This document shows positions 28,400 to 37,794 of a DNA stretch of 64,000 nucleotides, in pieces. Origin of the DNA: Ruminococcus sp. (GTDB lineage Bacteria; Bacillota; Clostridia; Oscillospirales; Ruminococcaceae); contig JAGBNQ010000031.1 of assembly GCA_017634275.1 (NCBI GenBank), positions 3,348 through 67,347 of the forward strand, given 5' to 3'. The stretch's first letter is position 1; each line of letters opens with the position of its first letter. The position numbers and the translations under genes were made by a program. The notes beneath the pieces were generated by a model. The model saw only the letters and a list, made by a program, of their open reading frames with translations, was not told the origin of the DNA and did not search any database.

Positions 28400-28878
28400 T
28401 AAGCGTAAATTTAATAACCGTCGGCAAGCTGAAGGAGAATTATCTGAGGCAGGCGCAGGAGGAATATTCAAAGCGGCTGGGGGCATTGTGCAAGCTAAGC
28501 GTTATTGAGCTGAGTGAAAGCAGGCTGCCCGATGACCCCTCGCAAAAGGAGATAGACGCAGCCCTTGCAAATGAGGGGAGGGCAATGGAGAAATACCTTT
28601 CAATCAACCGTTCAAAAAATATAGCTATGTGCATTGAGGGCACACAGCTTTCAAGCGTTAAGCTCTCAAAAAAGATAGAGGAGATATCACTTACGGCGAG
28701 TACGGTCAATTTTATCATCGGCTCGTCCTTCGGGATAGACGAGGGGGTAAAAAAGCGCGCCGATATCCGCCTTTCGATGTCGGAAATGACCTTTCCGCAC
28801 CAGCTTGCAAGGATAATGCTCTTAGAGCAGATATACCGCGCGTTCTCTATCTCTAAGGGGAGCAGGTATCATAAATAA
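28396..28878 (+). CDS. rlmH: 23S rRNA (pseudouridine1915-N3)-methyltransferase
   Basis: VGKLKE, FIIGSSFG, MTFPHQLARIMLLEQIYRA, terminal YHK. Confidence 0.95.
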   Translation: MISVNLITVGKLKENYLRQAQEEYSKRLGALCKLSVIELSESRLPDDPSQKEIDAALANEGRAMEKYLSINRSKNIAMCIEGTQLSSVKLSKKIEEISLTASTVNFIIGSSFGIDEGVKKRADIRLSMSEMTFPHQLARIMLLEQIYRAFSISKGSRYHK

Positions 28879-28942
28879 TGAATAATGAATAGTGAATAAT
28901 GAATAATTAATAATAAAGGTGTCCGCCTTTGGCGAACGGATT
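28877..28942 (+). repeat. Heptamer array plus hairpin element
   Basis: AATGAAT AATGAAT AGTGAAT AATGAAT AATTAAT AATAAAG GTGTCCGCCTTTGGCGAACGGATT starting in the rlmH stop. Confidence 0.8.
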
Positions 28943-28985
28943 AAAAAAAGTGGCAATTGTGTACCAAATACAAGGGGAGAAATTG

Positions 28986-29513
28986 ATGAATAAGCTGATA
29001 GGACATTTTAAAACGATAACCCACCACCGTCATCAGGTGATAAGAAACTGCTTTTATGCAGGGATATTTTTTCAGGGGCTGTTTCATGATTTGTCAAAGT
29101 ATTCGCCGAGCGAGTTTATAGTGGGGGTAAAGCACTATCAGGGCGACCGCTCTCCCAATGAGGGGGAGAGGGAGGACTACGGCTATTCGCTTGCGTGGAT
29201 GCACCACAAGGGCAGAAACAAGCACCACTTTGAATACTGGACGGACTATGACAGGGTAACTAAAAAGCTTACACCCGTGAAAATGCCGATGAAATATGTA
29301 AAGGAAATGTTTTGCGACAGAATGGCGGCGAGCAAGACCTATCTTAAGGAAAACTACACCGATGCATCGCCGCTTGAATATTTTAAAAACGGCAATGCCG
29401 CATCGAGAATGCACCCCGAAACGGCTAAGCTTTTGGAGAAACTGCTGACGATGCTCAAAAACAAGGGCGAGAAAAAGACCTTTGCCTATATAAGGCGGCT
29501 TAAGGATTACTGA
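28986..29513 (+). CDS. DUF5662 family (HD-like) protein
   Basis: HDLSKYSPSEF, AWMHHKGRNKHHFEYW, EMFCDR; RBS GGGGAG. Confidence 0.8.
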   Translation: MNKLIGHFKTITHHRHQVIRNCFYAGIFFQGLFHDLSKYSPSEFIVGVKHYQGDRSPNEGEREDYGYSLAWMHHKGRNKHHFEYWTDYDRVTKKLTPVKMPMKYVKEMFCDRMAASKTYLKENYTDASPLEYFKNGNAASRMHPETAKLLEKLLTMLKNKGEKKTFAYIRRLKDY

Positions 29514-29526
29514 TAAAGGAGCATTT

Positions 29527-29910
29527 ATGGAGAGTAATGTGCTTTTACTTTGTGTAAGCCTTATAATTCCCGTGTTTTTCGTGATCTACGGGGCGGTGCT
29601 TTATAAAAAGGATGTGCCGTTTTTAAGCCCCTATGGGTTTGTTACGCTTATGACAAAGCTAAACTCCGAGGTCTGGGAGTTTGGCAATAAGAAAATGGGT
29701 ATAAGGCTTATCATACTCGGGGCAGCAGAGATAATAATATGTGTGCTTATGATAGTAAGCTTTATATTCGACCCACCCTCGCAGAGCGTAGGGGTGATAC
29801 TTCTTATAACCTGTCCGCTTGAGCTTTTTGGCTTTGTTATACCTGCGGCAAGGACGGGTAAGCTGATAGAAAAACGCTTTGATAAAAACGGGAAAAGGAA
29901 AGATATCTGA
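29527..29910 (+). CDS. SdpI/YhfL-like small membrane protein
   Basis: Three TMs; YGFVT..KLNSEVWEFGNK; C-terminal FDKNGKRK. Confidence 0.65.
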   Translation: MESNVLLLCVSLIIPVFFVIYGAVLYKKDVPFLSPYGFVTLMTKLNSEVWEFGNKKMGIRLIILGAAEIIICVLMIVSFIFDPPSQSVGVILLITCPLELFGFVIPAARTGKLIEKRFDKNGKRKDI

Positions 29911-29990
29911 TATTTTCAGTATACTTTCATAATAATATCACAAAAGGCTGATAATATTACAGTGAATAATATTAGTAAGGGGAGATATTT

Positions 29991-30671
29991 ATGCCAAGAA
30001 TATTAGTAGTAGACGATGAGCCTAAGATAAGGGCTTTGATAAGAGAATACGCCGAGTTTAACGGCTTTGAGGTAGTCGAGGCAGGCGACGGCATGGAGGC
30101 GGCCGAGCTTGCAAAGGCGCATGACTATGACGTTATAGTTATGGATATAATGATGCCTAAGCTTGACGGCTACTCGGCGGTAAAGGAAATAAGAAAGACC
30201 AAAAAGACCCCCGTTATAATGCTCTCGGCAAGGGGCGAGGAATATGACAAGCTCTTCGGCTTTGAGATAGGCGTTGATGACTATGTGGTAAAGCCCTTCT
30301 CGCCTAAGGAGCTTATGGCGAGGATAAAGGCGGTAATAGCGCGCTCAAAGCCCTCACGCATAAGCGAGGAGGAGGTTCTCATCTATAAGGGCTTAGAGAT
30401 CAACTTTACAGCCCGTGAGGTGAAGATAGACGGGCAGAAGGTGCAGATGACACCGAAGGAATATGACCTGCTGTTTTTCTTAGTAAGGAATATGAACATA
30501 GCCCTCTCACGCGAAAAGCTGCTCGAGGAGGTATGGGGCTTTGATTTCTACGGCGATGACAGAACTGTTGATACGCACATCAAAATGCTCAGAAACAGCC
30601 TGGGGCCTTACCGCAACCTTATAGTTACCCTCAGAGGAATGGGGTATAAGTTTGAAAAGATCGAACAGTAA
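29991..30671 (+). CDS. OmpR-family response regulator
   Basis: LVVDDE, MDIMMP, DDYVVKPF, RTVDTHIK, GMGYKF. Confidence 0.95.
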   Translation: MPRILVVDDEPKIRALIREYAEFNGFEVVEAGDGMEAAELAKAHDYDVIVMDIMMPKLDGYSAVKEIRKTKKTPVIMLSARGEEYDKLFGFEIGVDDYVVKPFSPKELMARIKAVIARSKPSRISEEEVLIYKGLEINFTAREVKIDGQKVQMTPKEYDLLFFLVRNMNIALSREKLLEEVWGFDFYGDDRTVDTHIKMLRNSLGPYRNLIVTLRGMGYKFEKIEQ

Positions 30672-32190
30672 AACACTCGGCGGCACGCCCAAAAAGCGCG
30701 GAATGAAATACTATGTGTGGATATATTTTATGATATTCACGATACTTATACTTACGCTTTTGTGGGTATTCCAGTATTTCTTTTTACAAAATTACTACCA
30801 GTCGGCAAAAAAGAGAGATATGACGCTTGCGGCGGCAAGGCTTTCGGCAAGCGCTGACAGCGATGATTTTTACAGCGCCATAAAGGAAACGGCTTTTAAG
30901 AACGCTATGAATGTAAAGATAGTTGACGAAATGGGCAACGAGCTTTACAATGTCAACAATATGGGCAGCTTTTCGCTTTTGGCGCAGGATAAGTTCGGAA
31001 TGAAACAGTTTGAGCTTATCGGAAAGCTTGAAGAAACGGATAAGGCGACCTACAGCGAAATAATGAGCAACTCTGATTTCAAGGTAAAGGAGATAGTTCT
31101 GATAACGGGGCTGTCTGAGGGCGATGACGGGGGAAAGAGATACCTTATCATAGAGGCATCTATAGAGCCGCTTGATTCTACTACGAAGATCATCAGAGAG
31201 CAGCTTTTTTATATTTCGATAATTCTGTTTGAGCTTGCCTTTATCGTCACGATAATCATATCAAGGCGGCTGTCAAAACCGATAACAGAGCTTACCGAAA
31301 CGGCAAAGCAGTTCGGGGCAGGGGATTACGAGATATCCTTTACCGCATCGGGCTATGCCGAGGTGGAGGAGCTTTCAAACGTTTTAGAGGACGCAAAGGA
31401 CGAGATAAAGAAGGTTTCAGACCTTAGAAAAGAGCTTATCGCAAACGTTTCACATGACCTGCGCACACCGCTTACAATGGTAAAGGCATACGCCGAGATG
31501 ATAAGGGACTTATCGGGCGACAACCCCGAAAAGCGCGAGGAGCATTTAAAGGTGATAATCGACGAGTCGGACAGGCTTTCAAATTTAGTTAATGACCTGC
31601 TTGCTATCTCACGAATGGAGTCGGGCAATATCGAGCTTAACAAGAGCGAGTTTTCTGTTGTGCAAAAGCTTGCTGACTGCATGACGCGCTATACTCTGCT
31701 TATTGAGCAGGAGGGGTATGATATTCAGTATATCCCAGATGAGGACAGGATAGTATGCGCTGATATGGAGAAGATTGACCAGGTCATCTACAACTTTATA
31801 AATAACGCTATAAACTACACGGGTGATGAAAAGGTGATAAGGCTTGTGCAGAAAAACAAGCACGGCTGTGTAAGAATAGAGGTAACGGACAACGGGCAGG
31901 GGATATCAAAGGAGCTGCTGCCTAAGGTTTTTGACCGCTATTACAGAGGCGAAAAGTATAAGCGCGATGTTGTGGGCACGGGGCTCGGGCTCTCTATCTG
32001 CAAGGAGATACTTAAAAAGCACGATTTTGCTTTCGGTGTGACATCTACCGAGGGCGTGGGCTCGACCTTCTGGTTTGAGATGCCGACGGTAAATGAAAAA
32101 AAGCACTCAAAGCGACTGCCGAAGGAAAAGCCCGAGCGCAAAGTGCAGGAACAGAAGGAACAAAATACAGATCAGCCTAAGGAGAAATAA
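30652..32190 (+). CDS. HAMP-domain sensor histidine kinase
   Basis: Two TMs, HAMP, SHDLRTPLT, NAINY, DNGQGI, GTGLGL. Confidence 0.95.
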   Translation: MKRSNSKTLGGTPKKRGMKYYVWIYFMIFTILILTLLWVFQYFFLQNYYQSAKKRDMTLAAARLSASADSDDFYSAIKETAFKNAMNVKIVDEMGNELYNVNNMGSFSLLAQDKFGMKQFELIGKLEETDKATYSEIMSNSDFKVKEIVLITGLSEGDDGGKRYLIIEASIEPLDSTTKIIREQLFYISIILFELAFIVTIIISRRLSKPITELTETAKQFGAGDYEISFTASGYAEVEELSNVLEDAKDEIKKVSDLRKELIANVSHDLRTPLTMVKAYAEMIRDLSGDNPEKREEHLKVIIDESDRLSNLVNDLLAISRMESGNIELNKSEFSVVQKLADCMTRYTLLIEQEGYDIQYIPDEDRIVCADMEKIDQVIYNFINNAINYTGDEKVIRLVQKNKHGCVRIEVTDNGQGISKELLPKVFDRYYRGEKYKRDVVGTGLGLSICKEILKKHDFAFGVTSTEGVGSTFWFEMPTVNEKKHSKRLPKEKPERKVQEQKEQNTDQPKEK

Positions 32191-32193
32191 AAT

Positions 32194-32640
32194 ATGTCAG
32201 TGTTTTTTAAGGAGCTTATTGCCGTTTCGGGGCTTAGCTTTATAATACTCGGCAGGTATCTGTTTTACTGCCTTTTCCCCGTGTTTATCAAGGCAGCGGC
32301 GATGTACCTATTTGATATAAAGGGAATGTGTAGGACATCGCTCTCATCGCTTTTGACGCAGTTTATGATGATAGGCGCAGGCGGTATCATTGCAAGGCTC
32401 ATTCACCCCGAGCTTGATATTTTCTACGCACTTGAGGATACGGGCATAGAAAAAGCAGGGGCTGCCGTGATGATCGTGTTTATGATAGTGTATCTGATAG
32501 TGGATTTGCTGATGATAAGGCTTGCAAATAAGGGCTTTAACGCAGGGGCAAAGACCTATTGCATCATAGCAGGAATGGATATTGTAAATATTTTTTTAAT
32601 TGCGCTCATGTTTTCCCACCAGATCATCATAACAGTGTGA
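32194..32640 (+). CDS. Hypothetical membrane protein
   Basis: Four hydrophobic segments; RBS AAGGAG. Confidence 0.65.
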   Translation: MSVFFKELIAVSGLSFIILGRYLFYCLFPVFIKAAAMYLFDIKGMCRTSLSSLLTQFMMIGAGGIIARLIHPELDIFYALEDTGIEKAGAAVMIVFMIVYLIVDLLMIRLANKGFNAGAKTYCIIAGMDIVNIFLIALMFSHQIIITV

Positions 32641-32678
32641 AAAGCAGGATAATGGCATCGTTTAATATTTTTGTATAA

Positions 32679-32718
32679 AAGCACCGTTTTCATTGTGAGA
32701 AAACGGTGTTGTTCTTTT
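32679..32718 (+). terminator. Terminator of the two-component operon
   Basis: GCACCGTTTTC..GAAAACGGTGT followed by a T-rich tail. Confidence 0.65.
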
Positions 32719-32746
32719 TATACGCTTAAAATGTTAATAAAAAAGC

Positions 32747-32845
32747 CGAAAACGATACAGCTTATATCGAAAACGTTTTAAGACTTGACAAATCGGAAAT
32801 TATCTGCTATAATACTAAAGAAATCACAACGAAAATGATTACATT
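32747..32845 (+). promoter_or_regulatory. SigA promoter flanked by LacI-type operator-like sites
   Basis: TTGACA(32785)-17-TATAAT; CGAAAACGATAC, CGAAAACGTTTT and CGAAAATGATTAC nearby; another CGAAAACGTTAAC at ~33151. Confidence 0.7.
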
Positions 32846-33190
32846 TTGCTAATTTATGGTCATTTTTAACATAAGTGATATTTCGGGCACTTTATGTGTA
32901 AAAAAACGGCTCGGCGGTTTCGTTAGAGTTTCGTGAATGAAAAGTGAAAACATCACCGCCGTTACAAAATGGTTACGTTTAACAAAAAAGGCTGGGCAAG
33001 ATGCACAAAAAAGTTATCTGAAAGTTGTGAAATTATCCATATTTTATTACATAGCGCAAAAAAAACGCATAAAACACTTGCATTCTTGCTCGGAATATTG
33101 TATATTTTTATGTAGCGGAAGGCCAAAGAAAAGTGCGGAAAAGGCGCTATCGAAAACGTTAACTTAAAATTGTAAGGGGCGAACGATAAT

Positions 33191-34201
33191 ATGGTTTCTC
33201 TTAAAGATATATCGGTTCGCTGCGGCGTGTCGGTGGCAACAGTCAGCAAGGCACTTAACGGCCATAAGGATGTAAGCGAGGCTACCAAGGAGCGGCTGAT
33301 AAAGGCTGCAAAGGAAATGGGTTACTTCCCGAATTCTCAGGCAAGGGCGCTTAAGACGAACAGGACATATAACCTGGGGGTCATGTTCCTTGATGAGGCC
33401 GGCAGCGGTCTTACACACGAGTTCTTTGCAAGGCTTTTGAACAGCTTTAAAACTGAGGCAGAGTCCGCGGGTTATGATATAACCTTTATAAACAGAGATA
33501 TGGGGTCAAGAAAAATGACCACATATGAACACTGCAAATACAGAAATGTAGACGGCGTGATAATCGCCTGCACTGATTTCACATCGCCTGATGTGTATGA
33601 GGTGATAAACGGGGATATCCCCGTGGTGACTATCGACCACACCTTTGAATGCCGCTCGTCTGTTCTTTCCAATAATGAACAGGGGATAGAGGAGCTTGTA
33701 GATTACGCTTACTCAATGGGGCATCGAAGGATAGCTTATATCCAGGGCAATAAATCGGCCGTGGCTGAGAAAAGGCTTAAGGGCTTTTTGCAGTCGATGA
33801 GCAGTAAGGGGCTTGAGATAAGAAGTGATTGGATACTTACAGCCGATTACCATAACCCCGAGCTTACATATAAGCTGACTAAAAAGCTGCTTGAGGGAAA
33901 TGATAAGCCTACCTGCATATTTATGCCCGATGATTATTCGGCGATAGGCGGGTATAACGCGATAAAGGATATGGGTCTTACGATAGGAAAGGACGTATCT
34001 GTCGTGGGGTATGACGGGATAGCTTATGCGACGCTCGTTTCACCAAAGCTTACCACCTACGCGCAGGACACCGAAAAGATAGGTGCCCAGGCGGCCAAAA
34101 AGCTTGTGGCTCTTATAGAAGAACCGCAGACAACATTCCATGAGGTCATAACGATCGGCGGTAGCCTTGTAAAAGGTGAGTCGGTCGGGAAGATAAATTA
34201 A
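33191..34201 (+). CDS. LacI-family transcriptional regulator
   Basis: SLKDIS..GVSVATVSKALN HTH, YFPN, SVVGYDG, PKLTT. Confidence 0.95.
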   Translation: MVSLKDISVRCGVSVATVSKALNGHKDVSEATKERLIKAAKEMGYFPNSQARALKTNRTYNLGVMFLDEAGSGLTHEFFARLLNSFKTEAESAGYDITFINRDMGSRKMTTYEHCKYRNVDGVIIACTDFTSPDVYEVINGDIPVVTIDHTFECRSSVLSNNEQGIEELVDYAYSMGHRRIAYIQGNKSAVAEKRLKGFLQSMSSKGLEIRSDWILTADYHNPELTYKLTKKLLEGNDKPTCIFMPDDYSAIGGYNAIKDMGLTIGKDVSVVGYDGIAYATLVSPKLTTYAQDTEKIGAQAAKKLVALIEEPQTTFHEVITIGGSLVKGESVGKIN

Positions 34202-34269
34202 GGCATTAGGTTTTTGGGAAACACCCAGAAATTATTAAAACAAATGCAATTTTAAGGAGGAAATTTATT

Positions 34270-35718
34270 ATGACAAAGCTTAAAAGAGTGCTTTGCGGCA
34301 CAATGTGTTTAGCAATGGCAGGTTCCATGCTCACTGCTTGCGGTGATGACAGCAGCTCATCCGGTGATGCAGCAGTAGCTCCCCAGGAGCAGAAGAAAGA
34401 GGGTTCTGCTGATTCCAAGAACACTATCAAGATCTATGTTTGGAACCAGGAATTCCAGGGCCTCTTCAGAAGATACTATCCTGAGTATGATGCTGAGAAG
34501 TCCGGCTATGACACAGCAAAGCACGAGAAGACAGGCACAGGCGATGACTTCTTAAAGGACGGCAAGAAGGTCGTTTGGGTAGTTAACGAGAACGAGGGCA
34601 ACAACTACCAAGATAAGCTCGATACGGCTCTTAAGGCACAGTCCGAGTCTGATGACAAGATCGATATGTTCCTCATCGAGGCTGACTACGCTCTTAAGTA
34701 TGTAAACTCTCAGTATACAACACCTCTTGCTGACATCGGCATTACTGATTCCGATACAGCTGAGATGTATGACTACACAAAGCAGGTTGCTACAGCTACA
34801 GATGGTTCTCTCCGTGCTGTTTCCTGGCAGGCAACTCCCGGCCTTTTCGCTTACAGAAGAGATATCGCTAAGTACGTTCTCGGTACAGACGATCCTGCAG
34901 AGGTTCAGGAAAAGCTTAAGGACTGGGATTCCTTCGACAAGGTCGCTGAGGAAATGAGCGCCAAGGGCTACAAGATGCTCTCCGGTTATGATGACAGCTA
35001 CCGTGTATTCTCCAACAACGTTTCCAAGCCTTGGGTAGACGGCGACACGATCCAGATCGACGATCAGCTCATGAAGTGGGTTGACCAGACTAAGGATTAC
35101 ACAGATAAGGGCTATAACAACAAGACTTCTCTCTGGGCTGACGCTTGGAACGCTGACCAGGGTCCTTCCGGTAAGGTATTCGGCTTCTTCTATTCAACAT
35201 GGGGCATCAACTTCACACTTGCAGGCAACTCTCTTGAGGTTTCCGAGAAGAAAGGCGGTAAGAAGGAAGTTGGTAACGGCCTCTATGGTCAGTATGCAGT
35301 TTGCGAAGGTCCTGCTGCATTCTTCTGGGGCGGTACATGGCTCTGCTGCGCTGCTGGTTCTGATAATACAGATACAGTTGCTGATATCATGAAGAAGATG
35401 ACTTGCGACAAGGATATAGCTAAGAACCTCACACTTGATACTCTTGACTATACAAACAACAAGTCTGCTATGCAGGAGATCGCTGACGATGCTTCCTACG
35501 GCTCCGAATTCCTCGGTGGCCAGAACCACGTTAAGCTCTTCGCAGCAGCAGCTCCCAACATCAAGATGGATAAGACTACAAAGTATGACCAGGGTCTCAA
35601 CGAGGCATTCCAGGCTGCATTCAAGGATTACTTCGAGGGCAACGCTGATAAGGATAAGGCTCTTGAGAACTTCTACAAGGCTGCAATCGAGAAGTATCCG
35701 AACCTCAAGCAGGCTTAA
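34270..35718 (+). CDS. Carbohydrate ABC transporter solute-binding lipoprotein
   Basis: Lipobox LTAC; family-1 SBP features (WGGTW); strongly biased codon usage; RBS AAGGAGG. Confidence 0.9.
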   Translation: MTKLKRVLCGTMCLAMAGSMLTACGDDSSSSGDAAVAPQEQKKEGSADSKNTIKIYVWNQEFQGLFRRYYPEYDAEKSGYDTAKHEKTGTGDDFLKDGKKVVWVVNENEGNNYQDKLDTALKAQSESDDKIDMFLIEADYALKYVNSQYTTPLADIGITDSDTAEMYDYTKQVATATDGSLRAVSWQATPGLFAYRRDIAKYVLGTDDPAEVQEKLKDWDSFDKVAEEMSAKGYKMLSGYDDSYRVFSNNVSKPWVDGDTIQIDDQLMKWVDQTKDYTDKGYNNKTSLWADAWNADQGPSGKVFGFFYSTWGINFTLAGNSLEVSEKKGGKKEVGNGLYGQYAVCEGPAAFFWGGTWLCCAAGSDNTDTVADIMKKMTCDKDIAKNLTLDTLDYTNNKSAMQEIADDASYGSEFLGGQNHVKLFAAAAPNIKMDKTTKYDQGLNEAFQAAFKDYFEGNADKDKALENFYKAAIEKYPNLKQA

Positions 35719-35840
35719 TTCACTAAAGCAAAATAATTATTATTCGGGAACTACGGGGTGGCTTAACCGCCATCCCGTATTCTTGAATTAAAGTACTCTA
35801 TGAAAGGAAATTTGCTATATTTGTATAGCAGGGTGAGTAT

Positions 35841-36812
35841 ATGGCGTCATCAAATAAACATAAATCCATAAGCTATGCTAAATGGGGTTATATCTTTATT
35901 TTGCCTTTCTTTATCGTTTATGCGGCGTTCCAGCTCTATCCTATGTTCTCGACTATTCGTGACAGCTTCTTCAGCAAAATGACTGTCGGCCTGATCGAAT
36001 ATCCTGAGAAGTTCGTAGGGCTTGATAACTATACTGCACTTTTTAAAGAGGGCGACATATTTACCTATTTTGGCAATACCTTTATTATCTGGATAATCGG
36101 ATTTATCCCCCAGATATTTATTTCACTCCTTCTTGCTGCTTGGTTTACTGATATTCGTCTCAAATTAAAAGCGCAGGGCTTTTTCAAGGTAGTAATATAT
36201 CTTCCTAACATCATTATGGCAGCGGCTGTTTCAATGCTGTTCTTCGCTATCTTCTCTGATATAGGTCCTATAAATGATATCTACAAGAGCATTTCGGGCA
36301 GCGATACACCTTATCAGTTCTTCAGCCATATTGCAAGTACAAGAATCATAATCGCGATAATCAACTTTATCATGTGGTACGGTAATACTACCATACTTTT
36401 AATGGCGGCTATTATGGGTGTTGACCCTGCACTTTACGAGGCTGCTGAGATCGACGGTGCTACACCTTCTCAGACCTTCTGGCAGATCACTATCCCTTCA
36501 ATAAGGCCTATCCTTATCTACGTTTTAGTTACATCACTTATCGGTGGTGTTCAGATGTACGATATCCCGCAGATCATTACTAACGGTCAGGGTAACCCTG
36601 TAAGATCAAGCATGACTGTTGTTATGTTCCTTAATAACCAGATCTCTGTTGGTAAGAACTATGGTAAGGCAGGTACAATTTCAGTTGTTCTCTTCATCGT
36701 TGCGGCGATCCTTTCACTTGCAGTCGCAGCATTCAACTCTATGGATCAGATAGCTGAAAACAGAGCTGCAAAGCTCAAGAAAAAGAAACTTAAGGGGGCG
36801 TTGAAGATATGA
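35841..36812 (+). CDS. Carbohydrate ABC transporter permease
   Basis: FVGLDNY, LYEAAEIDGA (EAA motif). Confidence 0.93.
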   Translation: MASSNKHKSISYAKWGYIFILPFFIVYAAFQLYPMFSTIRDSFFSKMTVGLIEYPEKFVGLDNYTALFKEGDIFTYFGNTFIIWIIGFIPQIFISLLLAAWFTDIRLKLKAQGFFKVVIYLPNIIMAAAVSMLFFAIFSDIGPINDIYKSISGSDTPYQFFSHIASTRIIIAIINFIMWYGNTTILLMAAIMGVDPALYEAAEIDGATPSQTFWQITIPSIRPILIYVLVTSLIGGVQMYDIPQIITNGQGNPVRSSMTVVMFLNNQISVGKNYGKAGTISVVLFIVAAILSLAVAAFNSMDQIAENRAAKLKKKKLKGALKI

Positions 36813-37687
36813 GTGCTGCTACTACAGATCATGTTGGCGAGAAAAGCAGTAAGACTACGCTTCTTATAAGGCGTATCATAGCTTACGTTGTGCTCGTTCT
36901 TCTGACGATCATCTCGCTGCTTCCTTTCGTTATAATGATAATCAACTCAACACGTTCTCACCCGGATATCATGAAGGGTTTCAAGTTCGTGTTAGGCGGA
37001 AGCTTCGGTGCGAACTTCTCGGCCGTGTTCAAGAATACCGATATCCCGCTTCTTTACGGCTTAAGGAACTCGCTTATCGTTGCGGGCTGCTGCGCACTTT
37101 TAAGTACATACTTCTCTGCGCTCACAGCTTACGGTATCCACGTTTATGAATTCAGACTTAAGAAATTTGCGTTTGCATTCATTCTCGTTATCATGATGGT
37201 TCCTGCTCAGGTTTCTGCGCTCGGTTTCTACAGAATGATGTTTGATTTAGGCTTGACAAACAACCTTCTTCCGCTTATTATCCCGTCAATCGCTGCTCCT
37301 GCTACTTTCTTCTTTATGAAACAGTATATGGATTCCTCACTTCCTCTTGAAATAGTTGAGGCTGCAAGGATCGACGGCTGTAATGAGTTCAGGACCTTTA
37401 ACTCGATAGTAATGCCTATCATGAAACCTGCTATGGCAGTTCAGGGTATCTTTACTTTCGTTGCTAACTGGAACAACTACTTCATTCCTTCGCTTATCAT
37501 TGATGAGAAGGAATTAAAGACCCTTCCTATCATGGTTGCTCAGCTGCGTTCGGCTGACTTCCTTAAGTTCGATATGGGTCAGGTTTATATGATGATCTTC
37601 ATTGCAATTATACCTGTTATCATTGTATATCTTGCACTTTCAAAGTTCATCATCAGAGGTATTGCTCTGGGTTCTGTAAAGGGCTAA
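36809..37687 (+). CDS. Carbohydrate ABC transporter permease
   Basis: EIVEAARIDG, WNNY, terminal GSVKG. Confidence 0.93.
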   Translation: MSAATTDHVGEKSSKTTLLIRRIIAYVVLVLLTIISLLPFVIMIINSTRSHPDIMKGFKFVLGGSFGANFSAVFKNTDIPLLYGLRNSLIVAGCCALLSTYFSALTAYGIHVYEFRLKKFAFAFILVIMMVPAQVSALGFYRMMFDLGLTNNLLPLIIPSIAAPATFFFMKQYMDSSLPLEIVEAARIDGCNEFRTFNSIVMPIMKPAMAVQGIFTFVANWNNYFIPSLIIDEKELKTLPIMVAQLRSADFLKFDMGQVYMMIFIAIIPVIIVYLALSKFIIRGIALGSVKG

Positions 37688-37697
37688 TATTAAAAAT

Positions 37698-37790
37698 AAA
37701 AGCGTCTGCGTTTTGCAGGCGCTTTTTTTAGGTCAGATGTAAGAGATAACAACAAGGCTGCTGCATATTGATGCAACAGCCTCTTTGCTT
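37698..37790. terminator. Convergent terminators (ABC operon / leuA)
   Basis: AAAAGCGTCTGC..GCAGGCGCTTTTTT and AGGCTGCTGCA..TGCAACAGCCT. Confidence 0.75.
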
Positions 37791-37794
37791 TTAT

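Noticed and set aside
28860-28990. SCC-like island integrated at the rlmH 3' end
   Set aside because: Downstream genes look host-like with no recombinase or att repeat; only a short repeat element is present
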